NCBI RefSeq assembly: GCF_006345805.1
Contig: NC_043022.1
Location: forward strand, 14,632,001 to 14,696,000
DNA length: 64,000 bases
Source: Octopus sinensis
Taxonomy: Eukaryota
Direction of reading: 5' to 3'
The notes beneath the pieces were generated by a model that did no database searches, was not told the DNA's origin, and saw only the letters and a program-made list of their open reading frames with translations. The position numbers and the translations under genes were made by a program. Below are positions 12,855 to 24,046 of the stretch, in pieces. The first letter of the stretch is position 1. Each line of letters begins with the position of its first letter.

Positions 12855-13311
12855 TGTATGTAGTTTTATATATCAATGTATATATGTATGTATACAGTTT
12901 TATATATTTGTATCTATATTTATGCATTATATATACGTGTGTATATAGTTTTATGTATTTCTGTGTATTTCTCTTCTTCAGTAGTATTTTCTTGGAGGGC
13001 TTTCTGCACCAAATTATCGGCGCTGTTTGATTAAAATGGCTATCTATGTATCATACATAATGTATACACACTGCCAACAGGCCAGTCATTGCGGCACTTG
13101 TCCTGACTTGCCATTTTGCTAGGATAAATTTTTTTGTTTTTCTCTCTGATATTTATGAACACAGTAAGTCCATAACAAATTTTATCCTTGAGCTCCTCCG
13201 GTCAGGCTGTTTCATCCCATGCCAACATGTGAAATACATTAAACGAGGGTGAAGGTGGTGTTGATGATGATATATCTGATAAAGAAATACATGTATATAT
13301 TTTCACTCTTT

Positions 13312-13492
13312 TACTTGTTTCAGTCATTTGACTGTGGCCATGCTGGAGCACCGCCTTTAGTCGAGCAAATCAACCACGGGACTTATTCTTTGTAAGCCTA
13401 GTACTTATTCTATTGGTCTCTTTTGCCGAACCGCTAAGTTACAGGGACATGAACACATCAGCATCGGTTGTCAAGCGATGTTGGGAGGACAA

Positions 13493-13539
<47 letters not shown>

Positions 13540-13704
13540 CACGACAGGCTTCTTTCAGTCTCCGTCTACCAAATCCATTCACAAGGCATTGGTCGGCCTG
13601 AGGCTATAGCAGAAGACACTTGTCCAAAGTGCCACGCAGTGGGACTGAACCTGGAACCATGTGGTTGGTAAGCAAGCTACTTACCACACGGCCACTCCTG
13701 CGCC
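13312..13704 (-). mobile_element. tRNA-derived SINE family S2 (~390 bp, internal TA/TG microsatellite)
   Basis: Head GGCGCAGGAGTGGCTGTGTGG, B-box GGTTCAGTCC, tail AAACAAGTAAAAGAG. Confidence 0.85.
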
Positions 13705-13737
13705 TTATATAAATATATATTTAAGAAACAAGTTAAA

Positions 13738-14504
13738 AATGGTCATCACATGTTGTTCCTTTATTGGAGCAAATTTGGCTTCCAGCTGCTTCCAGGCACA
13801 TTATCAACTGAGGAAAATTGAATGACCCAAGAAAATTGATGCTACTTTTATCAAAGCCATTTCTGGAAGTCAGAAATGGCTCTGATGAAAGTAACAATTT
13901 TCTTAGGTCATTCAATGGAAATAGTAGTTATGATACCTGTGCCGGTGGCACATAAAAAGCATCATCCGAACGTGGCCGATGCCAGCACCGCCTTGACCGG
14001 CTTCCATGCCGGTGGCACATAAAAAACACCATCTGAACGTGGCCGATGCCAGCGCCGCCTCGACTGGCTTCTGTGCTGGTGGCACATAATGAGCACCATC
14101 CGAACGTGGCTGATGCCAGCGCCACCTTGATCGGCTTCCGTGCCGGTGGCACGTTAAAAGCACCAACTGATCGTGGCCGCTGCCAGACTCCCCTGGCACC
14201 TGTGTCGGTGGCACGTAAAAAGCACCCACTACACTCACGTAGTGGTTGGCGTTAGGAAGGGCATCCAGCTGTAGAAACACTGCCAGATCAGACTGGAGCC
14301 TGGTGCAGCCTCCTGGCTTCCCAGACCCCAGTCGAACCGTCCAACCCGTGCAAGCACGGAAAACGGACGTTAAACGATGATGATGATTCAATTTTCCTAA
14401 ATTGATCAATTGAGTTGACCTATTAATAATGAACCTATAACAACTACTGGAAACAGCTGTAAGCCGTGTTTGCTCCAATAAAGGAAAAATGTTCAATGGC
14501 CATT
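13738..14504. repeat. Fold-back (head-to-head) element with hammerhead-like motif, split by a LINE tail
   Basis: Arms 13738-13865 and 13871-14504 (minus insert) are reverse complements around a 5-nt loop TTCTG-GAAGT-CAGAA. Confidence 0.75.
13917..14385 (+). mobile_element. RTE LINE 3' UTR fragment with five hairpin subrepeats; 7-bp TSD ATTCAAT
   Basis: Matches 3' UTR of copies A-C, ends AAACGATGATGATG; TSD at 13910-13916 and 14386-14392. Confidence 0.85.
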
Positions 14505-14733
14505 ATCTATACCTTGTCTTATATATCACCCTGTGTAAGAACCAGTTTGTCTGGAATCCATCCACAGATTTACAATGTAGAATTGTGATGAACCTTAACC
14601 TTGGACCCTACCAAAAGATTACCTGGAATTCTTCCCTAATCTAATTATATTAGCCAGGTGTGCCAACAGAGGGCTTATGAAGTATTTCGCCCGGATTGAT
14701 AATCCCTCACTATTTGTTCTATAAATCCAGTGT

Positions 14734-15131
14734 ATACTCTTTTACTCTCTTTTACTTGTTTCAGTCATTTGGCTGCGGCCATGCTGGAGCACCACCTTTA
14801 GTCGAGCAAATCGACCCCGGAACTTATTTTTGTAAGCCCAGTACTTATTCTATCGGTCTCTTTTGCCGAAGCGCTAATTGACAGGGACATAAACACACCA
14901 GCATCGGTCGTCAAGCAATGCTAGGGAGACACACAAACACATACATATATATATATATACATATATACGACAGGCTTCTTTCAGTTTCCGTCTACCAAAT
15001 CCACTCACAAGGCATTGGTCGGCCCGGGGCTATAGCAGAAGACACCTGCCCAAGATGCCACGCAGTGGAACTGAACCCGGAACCATGTGGTTGGTAAGCA
15101 AGCTACTTACCACACAGCCACTCCTGCGCCT
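14734..15131 (-). mobile_element. S2 SINE
   Basis: Full head-to-tail match. Confidence 0.85.
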
Positions 15132-15149
15132 ATGTGTTTATTTTCTACC

Positions 15150-15492
15150 TTGTTTCAGTCATTTGTCTGGGGCCATGCTGGGGCACCACCTTGATGGGTT
15201 TTAGTTGAACAAATCGACTCCAGGACTTAAAAAATAAGTTTGGTACTTATTCTGTTGTTCTCTTTTGTCAAACTGCTAAGTTAGAGGGGCAAAAACACAG
15301 CAACACTGGTTGTTAGATGACAAACACAGACAATCACGCACAATCTGTATATAAAAACACAACAGGCTTCTTTTAGTTTCCATCTACCAAATCCACTCAC
15401 AAGGCTTTGGTCAGTCCGAGGCTTTAGAAGACCCTTACCTAAGGTGCCACGTAGTGAGACTGAACCCGGAACCATGTGGTTGGGAAGTAAGT
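15150..15492 (-). mobile_element. S2 SINE (diverged)
   Basis: Head and tail match. Confidence 0.75.
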
Positions 15493-15956
15493 GTATGCAT
15501 TTAAAGCATTATTAAATTAAATTGCCCATCTATGTATCATAATGTATATACACAGTCGAGAGGCCACTTGCTGCAGTATTTGCTCTGAGATAACATTTAT
15601 GGATGTACTTAATACTCCTTCAATTGCATATACCAGAATTTTATTCAGCCAAGCAGGTTTTTTGCAACATCAGTGAAATGTTTTATTTACTTTTTACTAT
15701 AGCATAAGCTGCAAGTACATACCAATGAAAACTTGAAAGTATATCTGGTGTTGGGGTTTATTTCTGTGTTATAAAAGCACTTGGTCCACTCTGCTGGGTG
15801 GTTAGTGTTAAGAAGGGCATCCAGCCATAAAAAACCCTACCAAAACAGACAAATACGCCTGGTGCAGGCTCCTGTCAAACCGTCCACATCTTAACAACTG
15901 GACCCCACCATTGCCACATGGTTGCTATATACAGAACTGTGTTGAAGGTCATATTC

Positions 15957-16290
15957 TTTTATTTGTTGTAATCATTTGAATGCGGCCATGCTGGAGCACG
16001 ACCTTTAGTCGAGCAAATTATTCTTTGTAAGCTTAGTACTTATTTTATCAGTCTCTTTTGCTGAACCGCTAAGTTACAGGGACGTAAACAGACCAGCATC
16101 AGTTGTCAAGCGATATTGAGACACACACACACACACACATATATATATACGATGGGCTTCTTTCAGTTTCCGTCTACCAAATCCACTCACAAGGCTTTGG
16201 CCGACCCGAGGTTATAGTAGAAGACACTTGCCCAAGGTGCCACACAGTTGAGATTGAACCCAGAACCATGTGGTTGGTAAGCAAGCTACT
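15957..16290 (-). mobile_element. S2 SINE
   Basis: Head and tail match. Confidence 0.8.
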
Positions 16291-16477
16291 TATCACGCAG
16301 CCACTCCTGCCCTCAGTTTCCCCCCCGAAAGTATAATTAACCAATTGAAATCACGTCGGGTAACATTCTTTTGATAAAGTAATTAAGATTTTTTAAAAGA
16401 ATTTTGCTTTTAATGATTTTTTTTTTTCCCTCCTTTGTAGTATTTTATGCAATTAGTTAAGTTATGACTAAACGAAC

Positions 16478-17447
16478 CTTCATCATCTAACATCTGCTTT
16501 CCATGCTGGCATGGGTTGGGCGGTTCAACTGGGGTCTGGGAAGCCAGAAGGCTGCACCAAGCCCAGTCTGATCTGGCAGTGTTTCTACGGCTGGATGCCC
16601 TTCCTAACGCCAACCACTCCGTGGGTGTAGTGGGTGCTTTTTACGTGCCACCGGCATGGGGACCAGACGAGGCTGGCAACGGCCACGGTCGGATGGTGAT
16701 TTTTACGTGCCACCGGCACGGAGGCCAGTCGGGCGGCGCTGGCTACGGCCACATTTGGATGGTTCTCTTATGTGCCCCCGGCACTGGTATCACAGCTACA
16801 AATTCCATTGATGTTGATAGATTACAATTTTGATTTTCACTTGCCTCAACAGGTCTTCACAAGTGGAGTTTTGTGTCCCAAGAAGGAAAGGAATGCATAG
16901 GTGGGCTGGCTACATACCAGGTGTAGGTCACGGGATTATGGCCTCACTTGTCCTACCGGGTCTTCTCAAGCACAGCATACTTCCATAGGTCTCGGTCTCT
17001 AGTCATTTCCTCGGTGAGACCTAAAGTTCGAAGGTCATGCTTCACCACCTCGTCCCAGGTTTTCCTGGGTCTACCTCTTCCACAGGTTCCCTCAACCGCT
17101 AGGGTGTGGCACTTTTTCACACAACTATCTTCATTCATTCTCGCCACATGACCATACCAGCGCAAACGCCTCTCTTGCACACCACAACTGATGCTTCTTA
17201 GGTCCAACTTTTCTCTCAAAGTACTTACACTCTGTCGAGTATGAACACTGACATTACACATCCATCGGAGCATACTGGCTTCATTTCTTGCAAGCTTACG
17301 CATATCCTCAGCAGTCATGGCCCATGTTTCACTACCATGTAGCATAGCTGTTCGTACACATGCGTCATACAATCTGCCTTTTACTCTGAGCGAGAGGCCT
17401 TTTGTCACCAGCAGATGTAAGAGCTCTCTGAACTTTGCCCAGGCTAT
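16478..17447 (-). mobile_element. 5'-truncated RTE LINE (copy A): RT C-terminal region plus 3' UTR
   Basis: ORF 16953-17408 (GLSLRVKGRLYDACVRTAMLHGSETW...RGRPRKTW) matches copy C; same 3' UTR. Confidence 0.93.
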
Positions 17448-17618
17448 ATAAAAGATACATTATTAGTGTGACTAAACATAAAAAATGCCTGAATGTGGTG
17501 AGATCTCAGATGCAGTAGGGGGTTCAATCCCTATTGGAGAGCCTCTCAGAACTTCTTCATTTCTGATCACCTGTTTATGTAGACGTGTGTGTTATATAGG
17601 TATGTGTGTATATATATA

Positions 17619-18872
17619 TCATTATCATCATTCAACGTCCTTTTTCCATGCCAGAATGGGTTGGACGGTTCGACCGGGGTCTGGGAAGCCAGAAGGCTGC
17701 ACCAGGCTCCAGTCTGATCTGGCAGTGTTTCTACAGCTGGATGCCCTTCTTAATGCCAACCACTCCATGAGTGTAGTGGGTGCTTTTTACATGCCACAAG
17801 CACGGAAGCCAGTCAAGGTGGTGCTGGCATCGGCCATGTTCAGATGGTGCTTTTTACGTGCCACCGGCACAGGTATCACAACTACAATTTTCATTTGATT
17901 TTCATTTTGATGTTGATGTACTTGACTTGATAGGTCTCCTCAAGCACAGCAGGTCACCCTACGATCAAAGGTAAGCACAGCAGGCCGTTCTGTGATCCAA
18001 GGTACTTTGGATGGGCTGGGGCTTCTATGTGAAGCTGGTGCAGGAAACAGCCATGGACTCACATTATTTGTCAGGTCTTCGCAGTCACAGCATATCTCCA
18101 GAGGTCCCAGTCTTTCATGATTGGTTCTGTGAGGCCCAACGTTCAAAGGTCATGCTTGACCACCTCATCCCATGTCTTCCTGGGTCTACCTCTACCCCGG
18201 ATTCCTTCAACTGTTTGGGAGTAGCACTTCTTCACACATCTCTCCTAATCCATCTGTAGTACATGATTTATACTAGTGCAGACGTCCCTCTTTTACGCCA
18301 CATCCAATGCTTCTTATGTCCAACATTTCTCTCAGGGCGCTTACACTCTGTCGAGTATGGACACTGACATTACACATCCAGCAGATCATGCTAGCTTCAT
18401 CTCTTTCGAGCCTACGCATGTCATCTGCAGTCACAGCCCATGTTTCACTGCCATGAAGCATGGCAGTTCGCACACATGCATTGTACAATCTACCTTTCAC
18501 TCTGAGCGAGAGACCCTTTGTCACCAATAGGGGTAGAAGCTTTCTAAACTTTGCCCAGGCTATTCTTATTCTAGTACAGACTTAGTCGCCTAGGTAGCGG
18601 ACGCTATCAAGTACTTCTAGTTTTCACCCTGGCATGTAATGGAATTTGTGTTCTAAGCATCTGTGGTGTTTATTGTCCCTGTGCATCTGCCGCACACGAA
18701 AGCTATCTTCCCGGTTAATCTTCCTTTGATGTTGCTGCACCTCTCATGTGCCCATAACTTACACTGGGTACATCTTATGGAGTTTCTACCTACACGTTTT
18801 CTACAGATCGAGCAGGACCCCCTACTTGAAGGGGTGTGTGATGCGTTTGCTTTCCTACTTACTAGAACTTTG
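17619..18872 (-). mobile_element. 5'-truncated RTE LINE (copy B) with PHD segment and internal deletions
   Basis: 18273-18527 matches the RT C-terminus; 18670-18820 encodes CSICRKRVGRNSIRCTQCKLWAHERC...CGRC; same 3' UTR. Confidence 0.9.
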
Positions 18873-18917
18873 AACGGACGTTAAACGATGATGATGATGA
18901 TATATATATATATATAT

Positions 18918-19281
18918 ACTAGCAGTATTGCTCGGGTTTGTAAGGGAAATAACTATATAAGCATTTTTAGAGAGTTATAGCCAAAAAAATGTATTGAAAA
19001 TGGAAAAAAAATGATGGTAAATTTTTTTTAAAATTGTTGACTCATCGTAGACATTTTTAGAGAGTTACTTCCCTTATATAATAGCGAAAAAATGCATTAA
19101 AATGGAAAAAAATGATGGTAAATTTTTTTAACAATCGTAGACGCGCGCTAATACCCAGAAGGGCTTGATATGAATCATGACTCCACTTTTGGTTAAACTG
19201 CACTGCAAAATGTGGGAGTAGTTAGGGATCTAAATCGAAGGGGACAGACACTCACACAACTACAGTTTTATATATATAGAT
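18918..19281 (+). mobile_element. Non-autonomous Helitron/HINE-like element
   Basis: Starts ACTAGCAGTA..GCTCGGGTT, ends CAGACA...TATATAGAT; homologous to 24047-24444. Termini resemble Lep1/DINE-1-type elements (from recall). Confidence 0.55.
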
Positions 19282-19285
19282 ATAT

Positions 19286-19635
19286 GTTGTCACTAAAGTG
19301 AATGACGGTGCTAGTCAGCGCCAGCATTGCTAGAAATAAGTCAAAACAACTCTTGAGCTACATGAGAGCACTTGACTAATGAGTGAGAAGCGAGATGGAG
19401 TCGTATCATCGATGATTTCAGATCTGACTAATCTTCATCAGAGACCCGTTACTCAGTTGCCAACGGTTAAGGAACTTAACTCACCTTGACAGTCTTATAG
19501 AGTACGCCACAGGAAACGTTGACCGATTCCGAAAATGGAGAATTATAAAATTATTAAGGTGGTTAAGAGCTGTTTTAACTCTTATTTTTAGCAATGCTGG
19601 TGTTCACTACCACACTCGATCACTTTAGTAAAGAC
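19286..19635. repeat. Inverted-repeat element (~75-bp imperfect arms) enclosing a hammerhead-like motif
   Basis: CACTAAAGTG...CCAGCATTGCTAGAAATAAG versus CTTATTTTTAGCAATGCTGG...CACTTTAGT. Confidence 0.7.
19398..19447 (-). ncRNA. Putative minimal type I hammerhead ribozyme
   Basis: GGGTCT-CTGATGA-AGAT(TAGTCAG)ATCT-GAAA-TCATCGATGA-TA^CGACTC: intact core, helix II, palindromic helix III; one mismatch at the base of helix I. Confidence 0.55.
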
Positions 19636-19694
19636 TATACTTGTGCCTTTCAGTTGTAAATTGCAAATAACCACCTTAATGATTTATATATATA

Positions 19695-22600
19695 TCATCA
19701 TCATCATCATCGTTCAACGTCCGTTCTCCATGCTAGCATGGGTTGGACGGTTCGCTCGGGGATCTGGGAAACCAGAAGGCTGCACCAGGCTCTAGTCTGA
19801 TTTGGCAGTGTTTCTACAGCTGGATGCCCTTCTTAACGCCAACCACTCCGTGAGTGTAGTGGGTGCTTTTTACGTGCCACCTGCACAGGTGCCAGGCGAG
19901 GCTGGCAACGGCCACAGTCGAGGCGGCACTGGCATCGGCCACGATTCGGATGGTGCTTTTTACGTGCCACCGGCATGGAAGCCAGTTGAGGCAACGCTGA
20001 CATCGACCACGATTCGGATAGCGCTTTTTACGTACCACCAGTCCAGGGGTCCTGGCAACTGCCGGGTGCCAGTCATAGGATTGGTACAATTTCAATTCCG
20101 ATTTCGATTTCACTTGCCCCAACAGGTCTTCTTCGGATGAGGTTCGATTTCGACTTCGCTTGCCTCAACAGGTCTTTGTGTGTCCAAGGGAGGAAAGGCA
20201 TGCATAAGTGGGCTGGACTCACTTGTCCTGGCTGGTCTTCTCACGCACAGCATATTTCCAAAGGTCTCGGTCACTAGTCATTGCCTCGGTGAGGCCTAAA
20301 GTTCGAAGGTCGTGCTTCACCACCTCGTCCCAGGTTTTCCTGGGTCTACCTCTTCCACGGGTTCCCTCAACTGCTAGGGATTGGCACTTTTTCACACACC
20401 TATCTTCATCCATTCTTTCCACATGACCATACCAGCGCAAACATCTCTCTTGCACACTACAACTGATGCTTCTTAGGTCCAACATTTCTCTCAAGGTACT
20501 TACACTCTGTCGAGTATGAACACTGACATTACACATCCATTGCAGCATACTGGCTTCATTCCTTGCGAGCTTATGCATGTCCTCAGCAGTCACGGCCCAT
20601 GTTTCACTGCCATGTAGCATGGCTGTTCATATACATGCATCATACAGTCTGCCTTTTACTCTGAGTGAGAGGCCTTTAGTCACCAGCAGAGGTAAGAGCT
20701 CCCTGAACTTTGCCCAGGCTATTCTTACTCTAGCAGTTACACTTTCAGCACACCCGCCCCCACTACTGACTTGGTCACCTAGATAACGGAAGCTATCAAC
20801 TACTTCTAGTTTTTCCCCCTGGAAAGTGACGAAAGTTGTTTTCTGCAGATTTTCTGAGTTTATTGCTCCTGAGCATCTGCCACATACAAAAACTATCTTC
20901 CCAGTTAGCCTTCCTTTGACATTGCTGCACCTCTTATGTGTCCATAGCTTACACTGGGTACATCTTATAGAGTTTCTACCTACACCTTTTCTACAGATCG
21001 AGCAGGGCCATCTTCCTGAAGGCATTTGTGGTTTGTCTACCTTCCTACTTATTAGTACTTTGGTTTAGCTAGGCCCCCTCGATTCTAATCCCTCCTTCCA
21101 CACCTGGAACTTCTCCAGTTCTGATAGTGACTCAGCAATTAGAGCAAGGTCGTCAGCATAGAGGAGCTCCCAAGGGCAACCTGTCTTGAATTCCTCCGTA
21201 ATTGCCTGGAGGACTATGATAAATAGGAGGGGGCTGAGGACTGAACCCTGGTGGACCCCAACCTCTACCTTGAATTCTTCTGTGTACACGTTGCCAACCC
21301 TAACTTTACTTACAGCATCCCTGTACATGGCTTGCACAGCTCTCACCAGCCATTCATCTATCCCTAGTTTCCTCATTGACCATCAGATAAGGGATCAGGG
21401 GACCCTGTCAAAGGCTTTCTCCATGTCAATGAAAGCCAGGTACAGGGGCTTATCTTTGGCTAGGTATTTCTCCTGCAGCTGTCTCACCAGAAATATGGCA
21501 TCAGTGGTGCTTTTCCCTGGCATGAAACCAAACTGCATCTTATCCAAGCTAACTCTCTCCCTAATCAGTTGGGCTATGACCCTCTCCATAACCTTCATTA
21601 CCTGATCCAACAGCTTGATACTTCTGTAATTATTTGTATCTAGGGCGTCACCTTTACCTTTCTAGCAGTTGACTAGTATGCTGCTACACCAGTCATTGGG
21701 TATGACTCCTTCGTGTATCACCTGGTTAACTATACGGGTGACTCGGTTATAGCCGACACTGCCAGATATTTTGAGCATCTCTGCAGTAATTCCTGATGGT
21801 CCTGGGGCTTTCCCTGTCTTTTTGCTTCTAATTGCCTTAACTACCAAAGAATTGTCAACTCGGATGGCTGGTCCCTCTGTTGGGTTGACATTTGGCAGAC
21901 TCTCTTTATCCCATTCATTTTCTTTATTCAGCAACCTTTCATAGTGGCATCTCCAAACCTCTCTCTTTGCATCCTCATTTAGCGCAAGTGAACCATCATC
22001 CATGTGAACACATTTCTCTCTTACCACATCACGATTCTCTCTCACACACTGTCTTGCAACACGAAATACCTCAAGTCTTTGGTCCTCACGGCGCAGAACA
22101 TTGGCAAATTTTTTCTTATCTGCTTCCCCTCTGGCTAAATAGACCTGTCTCCTAGCTTCCCTTCTGGCAGTTTGATACAATTCCCTGCTACCTCCGTTCT
22201 TCCAGTCCCTCCAAGCCTGTTTCTTTTGTCTAATAGCCCTGTCAACCACATTGTTCCACCACCACGTTACCCTGGGTCGAGATGGGACTTTGCTCCATCC
22301 ACAGATCTGGTCAGAGGCTGTCAGCAGATTGTCCCGTAGAAATCTCCAGTTGTCTTCCACATTAAGTGAAGCTATATCCCCTTCTATTTCATCAAAGGCT
22401 TCGAGTAGTATGTCTCTAAATCTCTGTCCATTTGCAGGATCTTTAAGCTTCCAGACCCTTCTCCTCCAAGCTGGTCTTCTTCTGGGCAACCATTTAGCTC
22501 TGATCCTGAAGTCGCTAACTACTAATCTATGTTGAGGAGTACATTCTTCGCCTGGGAAGGTTTTGGCATTTATAGGCAGCCCTCTTTCCCTCTTTCTGGC

Positions 22601-23169
22601 GAGGATGTAGTCAATCTGGCTAGTGTGTCTGCCAGAACGGTATGTGACTAGGTGAGAGGTGGGTTTCTTGAAGTTGGTATTGCAGACCATAAGGTCATCT
22701 GCATCGCAGAACTCCAGCAGCCTGGTTCCCTCCTCACTGCGAGAGCCAAAACCGTAGCCTCCATGAACGCCATGGAAGCCCCCGACATGCTGTCCAACAT
22801 GTCCATTGAAATTATCTGCCACAAAGAGAAGGTCACTGTCATTAGTCAACGAGGTAGTCCGCAATAGGGTGTCATAGAATTGGTCTTTCTGTCCTTCCGG
22901 TAGCCCTGGTTGAGGGGCATATGCCGAGATGATGGTAGCTGACCTGTGGTGAAGCACTAATCTAATCTTAAGTATTCTGTTACTTACTCTGACTACCTCG
23001 ATTACCTTATCTACCCATTTCTCTGCAAGAAGTATACCCACGCCCCCGACCCCGTGTACCTGTGTTCCTTGCCTGTGAGGAGCCTGGCGGAACCTCCTCT
23101 CCACCTTACTTCTTGGATGCAGTATAAATCCACACGTCTCCGTTCAAGCAGCTCAACAATCTCTCCAGA

Positions 23170-23172
<3 letters not shown>
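19695..23172 (-). mobile_element. RTE-clade non-LTR retrotransposon (LINE), near full length, inactivated (copy C)
   Basis: AP-endonuclease motifs (CIQEVRW, AYAP, DFNGHVG-like, QIDYIL, HRLV), RT motifs (QFGFMPGKSTTDAI, DMEKAFDRV, GVHQGSVLSPLLF, YADD, FRYLG), ~520-bp 3' UTR ending in (GAT)n at 19695. In-frame stops at 21662, 21395 and 20627 plus a frameshift near 21065. Truncated at a (TA)n run at 23172. Confidence 0.95.
20219..23172 (-). pseudogene. Disrupted LINE ORF (endonuclease + reverse transcriptase with internal PHD finger)
   Basis: ORF pieces 21662-23104, 21395-21610, 21065-21376, 20627-21025 and 20219-20620 are collinear parts of one EN-RT protein. Confidence 0.92.
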
Positions 23173-23208
<36 letters not shown>

Positions 23209-23631
23209 ATTATTTGGACTTTGGGTATATGTCCATTAGGATGCCGATCAAAGCACTTCCACCATTTAGGCTACCTGATGTTATCCACAGCAATGATATA
23301 AGTTTCATTGAAGCTACATCAGGAATTCTGCAGTGTTCATTTAGTTTATAATTAATGGGAAAACAGAAAATGGAATTTTGGTACAAATCTTTATTCAACA
23401 CAACGATCGGTTGGACGCATTCTGCTTCTGTCCCTTATGGGTTTTGTGCATCTAGTTGTGTTGCATCAATCAGTGCAGTTGGTGTTTGGTGTCCTACTGG
23501 TTGTGTTTCTGTTACAACAGGACATGCACAATATTCTACCCCTAAAAGACAGCTGCAGGATGGGTTGAAACAATTGTGTTGAATTAAGATTCGTACCAAA
23601 TCCATTTTCTGTATCCCTCATCTACACATAC

Positions 23632-23926
23632 GTAGAGACACGTGGCCTAGTGGTTAGAGCAGCGGACTCGCGGTCGAGGGATCGCGGGTTCAAATCTCAG
23701 ACCGGGCGATGTGTGTGTTTATGAGTGAAACACCTAAGCTCCATGCGGCTCCGGCAGAAGGTAATGGCAAAACTTCTGCTGACTCTTTTGCCACAACTTT
23801 CTCTCACTCTTTCCTCCTGCATCTTGCAGCTCACCTGCGATGGACCGGCTTCCCGTCCAGATCAGGAACCTATACGCCAAGGAAACTGGCCCTTAGGAGC
23901 CAGGCATGGCTCGAGGAGGAACAAAC
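23632..23926 (+). mobile_element. tRNA-derived SINE family S3
   Basis: A-box TGGCCTAGTGG, B-box GGTTCAAATC, body CACAACTTTCTCTCACTCT, tail CTGCGATGGACC. Confidence 0.8.
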
Positions 23927-24046
23927 ATCTACATACACACAAACTAGATAGTGTAGACTTACATAATTGCTTTCTTTTAGTAAAAGTTAACTGCACCAAA
24001 TTAATTAGTAAGCGGGTGTATGCATATATATATATACATATATAAA

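Noticed and set aside
23632-23710. tRNA gene (also at S1, S2 and S4 heads)
   Set aside because: A and B boxes are present but anticodon and acceptor stems do not pair, and each runs into a shared SINE body.
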